Source of the DNA: Candidatus Kerfeldbacteria bacterium
Lineage (GTDB): Bacteria; Patescibacteriota; Patescibacteriia; UBA10025; JAHIVO01
Assembly (NCBI GenBank): GCA_047946875.1
Contig: CP181398.1
Coordinates: 905,041-969,040, forward strand
Direction: 5' to 3'
Length of the DNA: 64,000 nt
The first letter of the stretch is position 1, and every line of letters starts with the position of its first letter. A program made the translations under genes and the position numbers. Positions 48,978 through 57,559 of this stretch are shown piece after piece. The notes under the pieces were generated by a model. That model saw only the letters and a list, made by a program, of their open reading frames with translations, searched no databases and was not told where the DNA came from.

Positions 48978-49266
48978 ATAACCAATCTTGATAAGGTTTG
49001 AATGCTCTATTAACTGGCAACTCTAATATACATGGTACCTTGAATGAATGATATTTTTTTACTTCTGCTTCAATTTTTTTATAATTACTTTTCTTGGTGG
49101 CAATAAAAGTTACTACTCCTTTTGTTTCTACAATTTTCCCCTGCCACCAATATATATCTTCTTGATTAACAAAGCTAACGCAACCAGCTAAATGTTTATT
49201 TATTAAAATCTTTGAAATCTTCTTAGCTTCACGTTTGCTAGGATAATGAATATATACGTGAATCAT
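48952..49266 (-). CDS. cutA: Divalent-cation tolerance protein CutA
   Basis: 104 aa with a CutA1 fold sequence (IHVYIHYPSKREAKKISKILINKHLAGCVSF ...). Confidence 0.7.
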   Translation of the reverse strand: MIHVYIHYPSKREAKKISKILINKHLAGCVSFVNQEDIYWWQGKIVETKGVVTFIATKKSNYKKIEAEVKKYHSFKVPCILELPVNRAFKPYQDWLYAETNKRK

Positions 49267-49289
49267 AAATTAAATAATTAAGTTTAACA

Positions 49290-49500
49290 AACGTTTCTGT
49301 CGTTTCGAGTATAATGAGAAACCCTAATAAGGTTGGTAGTAATTACAATCTTTATAAAGATTTCTCCCTAAGGTCGAAATGACAAACATATTTGGATTAC
49401 AGACTTTAAGCTGTCATATTATAAGCACCCTGAAGGGTGAATTCCTGTGTATTTTACTAACAATTCTACATTTCCTAATTATACCCAGTAGGCAGGGGTA
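49290..49500 (-). promoter_or_regulatory. Structured 5' region upstream of cutA that shares motifs with the element upstream of ruvA (57355..57497)
   Basis: Shared blocks are GTTTGTCATYTCGACC and GGAATTCACCCTTCAGGGTG (a caccc-NNNN-gggtg hairpin), plus two TATAAT boxes. Confidence 0.4.
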
Positions 49501-49517
49501 AATTTCAGATTATATCA

Positions 49518-49928
49518 CTACTCTGCTCTAATTAATTCTCCACTCAAATCAAGCTCTACAAAATGTTTAGCGGTACCATCTAGAAAAGCGGAACATTGAT
49601 TAGCAGGTTGATCATCAATTGCTTGACGAGGGTTATGTGCAATGTCAGCCACCCAACCAGGAATAACTGCATTGGATAAACAGGGCCCACTGGAAAAATC
49701 ATCCCCATTGTAAAAAGCTATTCTATATAATTCTTTAGCCTTAATAATTGCTAAATCATGATCAGTATTATCTTTGATCTTTAATGCCGCCGTACCAGTC
49801 ACGATCTCAACCGCTGTAAAAGTATTATTATTAGCTTCATCTTCTGCATTTGTACAACCACTAACAATAATAGTTAGTAAAACCAATAGTGAAACGACTG
49901 ATATTTTCTTTATTGTTATAGTTTTCAT
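49518..49928 (-). CDS. Lipoprotein (hypothetical)
   Basis: Signal peptide with lipobox VSGC. Confidence 0.45.
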   Translation of the reverse strand: MKTITIKKISVVSLLVLLTIIVSGCTNAEDEANNNTFTAVEIVTGTAALKIKDNTDHDLAIIKAKELYRIAFYNGDDFSSGPCLSNAVIPGWVADIAHNPRQAIDDQPANQCSAFLDGTAKHFVELDLSGELIRAE

Positions 49929-50013
49929 AACAACTTAATTATAGTATTTTAATAACTAAAAAACAACTAATAATAAAAACCCTTTGAATATCTCAAAGGG
50001 CTTATAATTATTG

Positions 50014-50448
50014 TCATGCTTGACCTGGTATTATAACCAAATCCTCAATTAAATCTTCGAGATCCGTCAATTGCAATATCTTTCCTACGAGAATTTCAAA
50101 TAGAGGATAACGATTTACTTTTATTAGAGTTATTGCACTAAGTAATTCTTCTGCGGTGATATACCCAATAGCAGTAAAAAATAAATCCGATACCATGTCA
50201 TCACTAACATTTTTCAAAATAATAACTGAAAGTAGTAGCTTATTGGGCGAAACATACACCGAAGCCAACTCTACCAAACTATCAGCAATACCTTTGTTTT
50301 TCTTTACCTTTACTTGCTTAACAAATAAGCTAAGTATCTTTTTGTCACTATCCTCTTGCCTACTAGGATCAAACAGCTTCGTAGCCTTGAAATTAAAGGA
50401 ATCTAAAATTCTATCCTCATAATTTTGGCTAGGCATTCTTACCTCCAA
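50014..50448 (-). CDS. Hypothetical protein
   Basis: 144-aa ORF with typical codon usage and no recognisable motif. Confidence 0.4.
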   Translation of the reverse strand: MEVRMPSQNYEDRILDSFNFKATKLFDPSRQEDSDKKILSLFVKQVKVKKNKGIADSLVELASVYVSPNKLLLSVIILKNVSDDMVSDLFFTAIGYITAEELLSAITLIKVNRYPLFEILVGKILQLTDLEDLIEDLVIIPGQA

Positions 50449-50494
50449 TATTTAAAAGGGCTTATTTACTTATACTTATATTATAACTTATATC

Positions 50495-51193
50495 TTAAAA
50501 CTTTAATAACCCATCAACAAAACCAATCTGATACATTATCATTAATCCTAATACGATACTGATAAACCCAGCTGAAAATTTAATAATAGAGTTTATTTTT
50601 TTAATTTTCATGCTAAGTATAAAAGGTAAACCAATTAAACTACTGATTATCATCATACCTAGAACAGAACCCGCACCAAAAATTAATACATAAATAATCC
50701 CTTCCGTAACAGACGGTAGTGTGGCTAAAACTAACAACATCAGAGCAGCACTACCGGCTAAGCCATGCACCATGCCCATCAAAAGAGAAGTATGCAGATG
50801 GCTATGTGCTTTTGATTTTTGATGAGAGTGAAAATGAGTATGAACCTCCCCACCGTGTTTATGAGTATGAACATGAATTTTATGTTGATATATTTTCCAT
50901 AAAACATTAACTCCCAATAAAATCAAAACAATACCAACTATAAACTCCATAGACATGGCCAATCTATTAGGAATATTTAATTTAAAGATAAGTACTAATA
51001 AAGCGACCATCATCAAAGTGGCAGTATGACCAATACCCCAGACCATCCCCATTAAAGAAGATTTTTTGAAGCTTTTGGTTTCACTAACAATAGTAGTAAC
51101 TGCCACGACATGATCAGCATCCAAAGCATGCTCTAAACCAAGAATAAATCCTAAACCCAAGACTGGTAATAATCTAACTATTTCAATATCCAT
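50495..51193 (-). CDS. Nickel/cobalt transporter, NicO/RcnA (HoxN-like) family
   Basis: HxxxxDH motif in TM2 (LEHALDADHV), a His-rich loop (HVHTHKHGGEVHTHFHSH) and about 6 TM helices. Confidence 0.6.
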   Translation of the reverse strand: MDIEIVRLLPVLGLGFILGLEHALDADHVVAVTTIVSETKSFKKSSLMGMVWGIGHTATLMMVALLVLIFKLNIPNRLAMSMEFIVGIVLILLGVNVLWKIYQHKIHVHTHKHGGEVHTHFHSHQKSKAHSHLHTSLLMGMVHGLAGSAALMLLVLATLPSVTEGIIYVLIFGAGSVLGMMIISSLIGLPFILSMKIKKINSIIKFSAGFISIVLGLMIMYQIGFVDGLLKF

Positions 51194-51204
51194 TTTATTC
51201 TAAA

Positions 51205-52356
51205 TTATTTTTTTAGTAAATCTACCTTATCTAATTTCTCCCATGGGAATCCTTGGTCTTCACGTCCGAAATGTCCATAAGCGGCAGTTTTTTCATACAT
51301 TGGATGTTTCAAATCAAGTTCAGAAATAATCTCTGCCGGTTTAACTGGAAAATGTTTTTTTACAAGCTCAACAATATCACCATTTGGCAATGTGCCAGTA
51401 CCAAAAGTATTAACCATAATAGAAACTGGTTCTGCTACGCCAATAGCATAAGCTAATTGAACTTCACAACGTTTAGCTAATCCAGCGCCAACAATATTTT
51501 TTGCAATATAACGAGCAACGTATGACGCACTACGATCTACCTTAGTAATACATTTACCTGAAAAACATCCACCACCATGAGCGCCAACTCCACCATATGT
51601 ATCGACAATAATCTTACGTCCAGTCAGTCCTGCGTCAGCTGGAGGACCGCCTAATACAAATCTACCTGTAGAATTAATAAAAAAATTTATTTTATCATTA
51701 TACCATTCACCGAGTACTGGCTTAATTACATACTCCTTGATATCCTCTCGTAATTTATCCATCTCAATATCTTCTGAGTGATGTGCTGCAATAACAACTG
51801 TATTAATTCTCTTTGGTTTATCATCTTCATACTCAACAGTTACTTGAGATTTACCATCTGGTCGTAGATACGACAATTTACCGTTTTTTCTCACCTCTGA
51901 TAATTTGTGAGTAAGTTTATGAGCTAGAGAAATAGTTAATGGCATCAACTCAGGTGTTTCATCAGTAGCATAACCAAACATAAGTCCCTGATCACCAGCA
52001 CCGAACTCTTTGAATTCTCCATCACCTTCATCTACCCCTTGAGCGATATCAGGAGACTGTTCATGCAAAGTATTAATTACACCAACGTCAGAAGAACAAA
52101 AACCGATCTCTGGTTTATCATAACCAATCTTGTCTAACGTGCGTCTAACGATACTCTGAATATCTACATAAGCTTTGGTACGCGCTTCTCCACCGACCAT
52201 CACTAAACCAGTTGTTACAAAACATTCAATACCTGCATGGGTATCTGGATCTTGCCTAACCATCTCATCATAAATTGCGTCAGATAATTGATCGCATACT
52301 TTATCAGGATGCCCTTCTGTTACTGACTCAGAAGTAAATAATCTTTTTTGACTCAT
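51205..52356 (-). CDS. metK: S-adenosylmethionine synthetase
   Basis: 383 aa with the conserved GHPDK and GAGDQG motifs. Confidence 0.95.
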   Translation of the reverse strand: MSQKRLFTSESVTEGHPDKVCDQLSDAIYDEMVRQDPDTHAGIECFVTTGLVMVGGEARTKAYVDIQSIVRRTLDKIGYDKPEIGFCSSDVGVINTLHEQSPDIAQGVDEGDGEFKEFGAGDQGLMFGYATDETPELMPLTISLAHKLTHKLSEVRKNGKLSYLRPDGKSQVTVEYEDDKPKRINTVVIAAHHSEDIEMDKLREDIKEYVIKPVLGEWYNDKINFFINSTGRFVLGGPPADAGLTGRKIIVDTYGGVGAHGGGCFSGKCITKVDRSASYVARYIAKNIVGAGLAKRCEVQLAYAIGVAEPVSIMVNTFGTGTLPNGDIVELVKKHFPVKPAEIISELDLKHPMYEKTAAYGHFGREDQGFPWEKLDKVDLLKK

Positions 52357-52389
52357 ATTATTATTTTATTAGTAAATTATTATTTATAA

Positions 52390-52582
52390 ACAAAAAAATC
52401 TCTATATAAGAGATCTTTATTCAAAAAGTATTCTCTCATCTTTTCCTTATGACTAAGGATGGATTTAGCACCATTCGATAGGTCCTGAAATAAACTTGCC
52501 TACCGGCAGGCAGGTTCAGGACGCTTCGCGGTTGCTGTGAACGTCTTCGGGCCAAAACCCTGGTGTTCACTCTTGATAAGAT
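52390..52582 (-). promoter_or_regulatory. SAM-I (S-box) riboswitch with intrinsic terminator, in the metK leader
   Basis: The minus strand reads CTTATCAAGAGTGAAC...GGCCC...CAGCAACC...GGTGCTAAATCC...AGATGAGAG, which matches the SAM-I consensus block by block. A terminator follows (AAAGATCTCT-tatat-AGAGATTT plus a T-run), and the metK ATG is about 35 nt beyond it. Confidence 0.85.
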
Positions 52583-52604
52583 ATTATTTTGTTAATGTAA
52601 AAAA

Positions 52605-52634
52605 AGTATAGCAAGCGAATGATTAGATGTCAAT
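52605..52634 (-). promoter_or_regulatory. sigma70-like promoter for the SAM riboswitch/metK transcript (TTGACA, 17-nt spacer, TATACT)
   Basis: Read on the minus strand about 20-30 nt upstream of the riboswitch 5' end. Confidence 0.55.
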
Positions 52635-52640
52635 TTAAAA

Positions 52641-52668
52641 AGCCGCGCTTGCAAGCAAACGCGGACTT
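52641..52668 (-). terminator. Terminator of the upstream membrane-protein gene (gtccgcg...cgcggc followed by TTTTT on the minus strand)
   Basis: GC-rich 6-bp stem followed by a T-run. Confidence 0.5.
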
Positions 52669-52698
52669 TATAAGTAGAACAGTTGACATGTGAGTATT

Positions 52699-53643
52699 TC
52701 ACACAACATGCACAACTGTTTCAATGACCATTAACCACGTACAAGCAGTCACCAGATGGTGTATGCCATGTAACGGACGAACAGCCGTAGGTGGATCATC
52801 AAATGAATTAATGATTCCCAGTATTATACTACCTACAATCCAGATCATAAACACAATTACTGATGTACCGATGAACTGACTGATGATGACATTCGGTGAT
52901 GCCGAATGAATCCACGGTCGAGCAAAAAGCATCATTACTCCAAGTGGCATAATACACATAAGGGTAATCATACCAAGCATTCCCTGTATACCAAGATTAG
53001 CTGGTGACGGTGAATTAGTATCACCAACATTGATCGGGAATTTGTTGAGTGTCGAGAAAAGATTAGCGACTTGCATGTGTTTTAATATCTCACGTAAGAG
53101 AAATAAAAAATATACAACTGCACACACCAAATACACGTCAGTATTAGTGGGATTTAAATCAGCATTAACTGCAGCACCACTAAATAGCACACAACAAGCA
53201 GCAATCCCAGCACCATACATACTTCGCTTTAGCCAAAACGGCTCACTTCCATCCAGTTTAGTATACCGGTAGACCATCCACGCTGTATAGAAAATCACTA
53301 TAAAGTTAACCAAGGACAGATACCGAGCAACGATTACTGTCGCGATTAGGACTAGAATACCAACACCCGTCAGTAATTGCTTTTTCCACTGAGGAAAAGC
53401 CGGACCACTAATCAGCGGTAACCAAACGCCAAAGATAGTAGAATCCTGTTGACGTTTATGTGCCATCGCAGAGTAATAGAGGCTGGACGCCAAACAGAGA
53501 AGTCCCATCGCCGTAGCAGCAGCAATATTCTGCGACGTAAAAAGTTGTTGGCTAAACAGAACCGTTGCTGCCCATGTTCCAACAAAAGACGTAAGACAAA
53601 TCAGTGGTCGTGTCACCTGATAAAAAGTTTTAAAAGAACGCAT
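52699..53643 (-). CDS. Polytopic membrane protein (hypothetical); GC about 43%, above background
   Basis: 314 aa with about 8 hydrophobic helices and no diagnostic motif. Confidence 0.5.
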   Translation of the reverse strand: MRSFKTFYQVTRPLICLTSFVGTWAATVLFSQQLFTSQNIAAATAMGLLCLASSLYYSAMAHKRQQDSTIFGVWLPLISGPAFPQWKKQLLTGVGILVLIATVIVARYLSLVNFIVIFYTAWMVYRYTKLDGSEPFWLKRSMYGAGIAACCVLFSGAAVNADLNPTNTDVYLVCAVVYFLFLLREILKHMQVANLFSTLNKFPINVGDTNSPSPANLGIQGMLGMITLMCIMPLGVMMLFARPWIHSASPNVIISQFIGTSVIVFMIWIVGSIILGIINSFDDPPTAVRPLHGIHHLVTACTWLMVIETVVHVV

Positions 53644-53990
53644 ACAAAATCCTCCAAGTGTTTATTTTTACTTTTTCTATTCACACCTTATTATAAAACT
53701 GGTACTCATGTCAAGAAGATTTTTATTTAATAAATAGTCAAAAAAATTGTCAATTAAAAAAGCCCGTATCCAGCTGGCAACTATTATATAAATAATTAAC
53801 AATTGGTGATACGGGCTTATCCTTCTTCATAATAAAGACGGACGGGATCCTTTCAAACATAAGCCTGATTGGATCACCACAAGTCAGTATAGCATATATT
53901 TACCAAAAAATCAAGTATATTTCATATATAAGTACCATAAATACTGATTTTGGTGTATAATAATAATATATTTCCGGCAAAGTTTACCGC

Positions 53991-54035
53991 CAGGCAGAGC
54001 CTGGTCCGGCTTTGCAGGAGATCAGGCTCTGCCTG
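53991..54035. repeat. GC-rich perfect hairpin CAGGCAGAGCCTG-(19 nt)-CAGGCTCTGCCTG, carrying copy 2 of the 35.8-kb repeat
   Basis: 13-bp perfect inverted repeat. The downstream GATCAGGCTCTGCCTGAAAT(A/T)AAT also occurs on the minus strand at 35.8 kb. Confidence 0.5.
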
Positions 54036-54058
54036 AAATAATTAATTAAAAAAAGCCT

Positions 54059-54553
54059 ATGAAAAAATTGCTAATCATCACTTTAGTTATCGGGGCAGGC
54101 CTGATATTAAGCGGATGTGGAGTAGCCGAAAAAGTTGCAGAAAACACAATTGAGTCAGCCACCAACAATGAAATTGATGTGGATATTGATGACAACAGCC
54201 TTACCCTTAATACAAATGGCGGTACCTTAGAAGTTGGAGAGAAAGTAAGTATGCCAAATAATTTTCCATCAGACATCTATGTATTAAATGGAAATCTCAT
54301 CTCTGCTATGACCATAGACGAAAATAATACATTCTCTATAAATCTTAGTACTAATGATTCGCCCACAGAAGTTAAAGCGGAATATCAGACAGAACTTGCC
54401 AACGATGGTTGGACAATTGATTCGACCTTAGACTTTGGTGGGGGATCAATGATGACTGGAACTAAAGATAACCGCTCTATTACCGTCACTATTTCTGTAG
54501 ATGAAACTGAAGGAACAACCACCGTAGGAATTAACACCTTCGACATCGAATAA
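54059..54553 (+). CDS. Lipoprotein (hypothetical)
   Basis: Signal peptide with lipobox LSGC. Length is 164 aa. Confidence 0.5.
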   Translation: MKKLLIITLVIGAGLILSGCGVAEKVAENTIESATNNEIDVDIDDNSLTLNTNGGTLEVGEKVSMPNNFPSDIYVLNGNLISAMTIDENNTFSINLSTNDSPTEVKAEYQTELANDGWTIDSTLDFGGGSMMTGTKDNRSITVTISVDETEGTTTVGINTFDIE

Positions 54554-54575
54554 AAATTATAAAACACTTTCTAAA

Positions 54576-54608
54576 AAACAGCCTCTAAAACAGGCTGTTT
54601 TTTTATTT
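54576..54608. terminator. Bidirectional rho-independent terminator (aacagcct-ctaaaa-caggctgtt followed by TTTTTTT)
   Basis: 9-bp stem plus T-run, between convergent genes. Confidence 0.65.
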
Positions 54609-54620
54609 TTCTTAAAATAA

Positions 54621-55385
54621 TTACGCTAATCTCTTAGTCATAATCTCATTAGCCAACTCTAATTGCTCTGGTGTGTTAACTCCTACCCATTGATCAAGAT
54701 CACTTATGGCATGAGCGCAAACAATACCTTTCTGATCTACGGCCATCTTAATAAGATCAGGTAATATTAACTCCCCTTTACCAGTAGCAGATGGCTGAAG
54801 ATTTTTAATATTTTCCCAGAGCCAATCAGCATTAAAACAATAAGTGGCCGCGTTTATTTCATTAATTTTCTTTTCTTCCTCAGTCAATACTTCTTTTTCT
54901 TTAATAGCCAAAACTCTCCCATTATCATCACGGATTACTCTACCAAGCTCGGCGGGATTTGGATGAATTAATGTTAAAACACTGGCAATTGCCTTTTCCT
55001 TAACGTGCATATTCAATAAATCTATAATCGTTCCCGGCTTATAAAAAGCAGAATCGTCTCCCTGCATTACCAATACATATTTACTGCCAGGATTTACTTT
55101 ATCAGTAGCACAGGCAACAGCATGTCCAGTACCTTTTTGTTCTTCCTGAAGCGCATATTTAAATTTATCTCCAAAATATTCTTTAATTACTTCAGCTTTA
55201 TAGCCAACTACTACTACAGCATCATCTATACTCAAATTCTCTAAAGTTTTTAGAGAATACTCTAACATAGGTTTGCCACATATCTTATGCATTACTTTTG
55301 GTATTTCAGATGGTTGGCCCTCATTCAATCTTGTCCCTTTTCCAGCTGCTAAAATAATTACACTCGTGTGTTGTAATATAGACAT
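54621..55385 (-). CDS. Sugar-phosphate nucleotidyltransferase (GlmU N-terminal / RmlA-like NTP-transferase domain)
   Basis: Motif ILAAGKGTRL. At 254 aa it contains the nucleotidyltransferase domain only. Confidence 0.7.
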   Translation of the reverse strand: MSILQHTSVIILAAGKGTRLNEGQPSEIPKVMHKICGKPMLEYSLKTLENLSIDDAVVVVGYKAEVIKEYFGDKFKYALQEEQKGTGHAVACATDKVNPGSKYVLVMQGDDSAFYKPGTIIDLLNMHVKEKAIASVLTLIHPNPAELGRVIRDDNGRVLAIKEKEVLTEEEKKINEINAATYCFNADWLWENIKNLQPSATGKGELILPDLIKMAVDQKGIVCAHAISDLDQWVGVNTPEQLELANEIMTKRLA

Positions 55386-55386
55386 A

Positions 55387-55704
55387 TTATTGGTTATTTA
55401 TATTTTTTAAATCTTCTAATTTTTTCTTAGTTTCTGGCTGACAAGCTCCACATAAAGGATTGTCTAAAACTGCTTGCATTCCATCTGCATCAAAGTTCTC
55501 TGGTAAATTATGTTGTTTAATCTCATTATCCCCATTAAACCAACTATTCGGAATGCTTCGGGTAAAACTTTGCTCACAATCCTGGCAAGTCATTTCATAC
55601 TTACGACTTCCGTCAGTATCAGTGATAAATTTTAATTCTGGTTGCTCGTTGTCAACTTTTTTTAATTCATCATCCATGGGATAATTTTTTGCAAATTCTT
55701 GCAT
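55387..55704 (-). CDS. Hypothetical small protein with two CxxC pairs (possible zinc ribbon)
   Basis: 105 aa with CQDC and CGAC pairs. Confidence 0.4.
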   Translation of the reverse strand: MQEFAKNYPMDDELKKVDNEQPELKFITDTDGSRKYEMTCQDCEQSFTRSIPNSWFNGDNEIKQHNLPENFDADGMQAVLDNPLCGACQPETKKKLEDLKNINNQ

Positions 55705-55705
55705 A

Positions 55706-56731
55706 TTATTTCTTTATTTTTTTAACTATTTTATAAAGCTTATACCAAAAATTGTTCAAAATCAAATCATATACCCCTAAGTATGATACCCCATGCCCAC
55801 CAAAACCTTTTTTAAATCTTGTTATTCCTGACCAAGCCATTTCTTTTGCTGAACCATCAGGAGCGATTCCTCCAAAATCATAATATTTATAATTACTCTC
55901 TTTTGCATCTTTTATTTGCTGCCACTGTAATAAATGCGGAGCCATTAAATTCCTATACTCATTCGATGAAGATCCATGTACATAAGTTACGGTATCACCA
56001 AAAAAATATACCAAATTTGCAGCCAATGTTTTATTTTCAAATTCGGCTAAATATATTTTTACAATTCCCGACGGAGACAAAGTCTTGAATATATTATAAT
56101 AATACTCTCGATTATGAGACCTAAATCTATCTCGATCCGCCGTTACCTTATTTAGTTGCCAAAACTTTTCAAAATCTTCTTCAGTAGAACCTATTCTAAC
56201 TATTACCCCCTTTTTCTCGGCCAATCGAATATTATAACGTGTTTTGTGATGCATCTGGGCTAATAAATCTTCTTCTGACATATTAAAATCTAGTAACCAG
56301 CTATCTTGAGGTTGAACAAATTTCTCAGCTACAAATTTATACTTACTAATAGCCTTTGTAAATTTATCTAAATGGTGTTTTTCTAAAGGTGGTTCAATTT
56401 TTATAAACATTACCTTAGTTTCTGATAACTGAGCAACAAGTTCTCCTATAAAATATTCAAATACTTCTAAAAACTTATCTGGATGTAGTTGATCACTAAC
56501 TATTGGCCCACGTGGTATATACCAATAACTAGTACCAAATGGTAAATTATTTTTTATAGCTAAAGCAATACCAACCAACTCCTGATTGTCATACAAAGCA
56601 AATCTCTTTATTTTATTATTAATATTTTTTTGAAATTCTCCCCACTGCCACGATTGCAAAAACTGGCTCTGTTTTTGAGAGCCAACAAAATTATTTAATA
56701 TCTGATCCTCCTTAATTTCTTTTACTTCCAT
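55706..56731 (-). CDS. FemAB-family peptidoglycan interpeptide-bridge aminoacyltransferase-like protein
   Basis: 341 aa. The GNAT-like tandem fold sequence and the FLQSWQWGEF opening are typical of FemABX/MurM-family proteins. Confidence 0.65.
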   Translation of the reverse strand: MEVKEIKEDQILNNFVGSQKQSQFLQSWQWGEFQKNINNKIKRFALYDNQELVGIALAIKNNLPFGTSYWYIPRGPIVSDQLHPDKFLEVFEYFIGELVAQLSETKVMFIKIEPPLEKHHLDKFTKAISKYKFVAEKFVQPQDSWLLDFNMSEEDLLAQMHHKTRYNIRLAEKKGVIVRIGSTEEDFEKFWQLNKVTADRDRFRSHNREYYYNIFKTLSPSGIVKIYLAEFENKTLAANLVYFFGDTVTYVHGSSSNEYRNLMAPHLLQWQQIKDAKESNYKYYDFGGIAPDGSAKEMAWSGITRFKKGFGGHGVSYLGVYDLILNNFWYKLYKIVKKIKK

Positions 56732-56746
56732 TTTGTAATTAATAAA

Positions 56747-57331
56747 TTATTCTTTTCTACCCAAAGATTTTAGAGCTGCTTTAATTTTATCTTTAACTTC
56801 GATAATATCTTTATCAACCGCCTTGGCCGCATCTCTTGCTTCTCTGACTGTATAACCTAGAGCCATTAAGCCATCTATTACATCACTATCGCCATTTGAC
56901 ATTGATTGTAATTGCGATGAATCTAAGTCATCTAATTCAATCTTATTTTTTAACTCTAAAATTAAACGTTCTGCCGTCTTCTTCCCTATTCCCGACACTT
57001 TAGTTAATAAACTAGCATCACCTTGACTAATCCCTTGTTGTAATTCATTTAGAACAGCTAATGACATGATATTTAGGGCTGACTTAGGACCAACACCAGA
57101 GACACTAATTAGTTTCTTAAAAAAACTAACCTCTTTCATATCCAAAAAACCAAATAATTCCATGGCATCCTCACGAACATTCAGATGAGTATATAATTCA
57201 ACTTCATCCCCTTTATTAACTTTTTCCAAAAAAATTGGCAAAGCAAAAACCTCATAGCCTACTCCATGCGCATCAACGATGACTGACTTATCTGTCTTAT
57301 ATTTTATTGTCCCATTGATTAATGAAATCAT
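56747..57331 (-). CDS. ruvA: Holliday junction branch-migration protein RuvA
   Basis: 194 aa with two HhH motifs (VSGVGPKSALNI) and a C-terminal domain III. Confidence 0.85.
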   Translation of the reverse strand: MISLINGTIKYKTDKSVIVDAHGVGYEVFALPIFLEKVNKGDEVELYTHLNVREDAMELFGFLDMKEVSFFKKLISVSGVGPKSALNIMSLAVLNELQQGISQGDASLLTKVSGIGKKTAERLILELKNKIELDDLDSSQLQSMSNGDSDVIDGLMALGYTVREARDAAKAVDKDIIEVKDKIKAALKSLGRKE

Positions 57332-57354
57332 ATTATAAGTAATTATAACATATA

Positions 57355-57497
57355 TTTGTCATCACAAGAAAAAATATAAAACACGTTCTGGAATTCACCC
57401 TTTAGGGTGTTTTATTATTTATACAGCCTAAAGGCTGAATTCCAAAAATGGTTATCCCTCCATTCCACCTGCCGGCAGGCAGGGTCGAGATGACAAA
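57355..57497 (-). promoter_or_regulatory. Structured 5' element upstream of ruvA, bounded by inverted octamers TTTGTCAT/ATGACAAA
   Basis: Read on the minus strand, the outer 8-bp inverted repeat encloses a perfect 12-nt palindrome (CCTGCCGGCAGG), a GGAATTCA...TGAATTCC stem, and two 5-bp hairpins (cagcc-ttta-ggctg, caccc-taaa-gggtg). It shares motifs with 49290..49500 and with the P3 region of the SAM riboswitch. Confidence 0.45.
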
Positions 57498-57559
57498 CTG
57501 TGTAGAACCAAAAAGCCGCTACATTAAATATGCAACGGCTTAAAATAATTTATTTTTTT

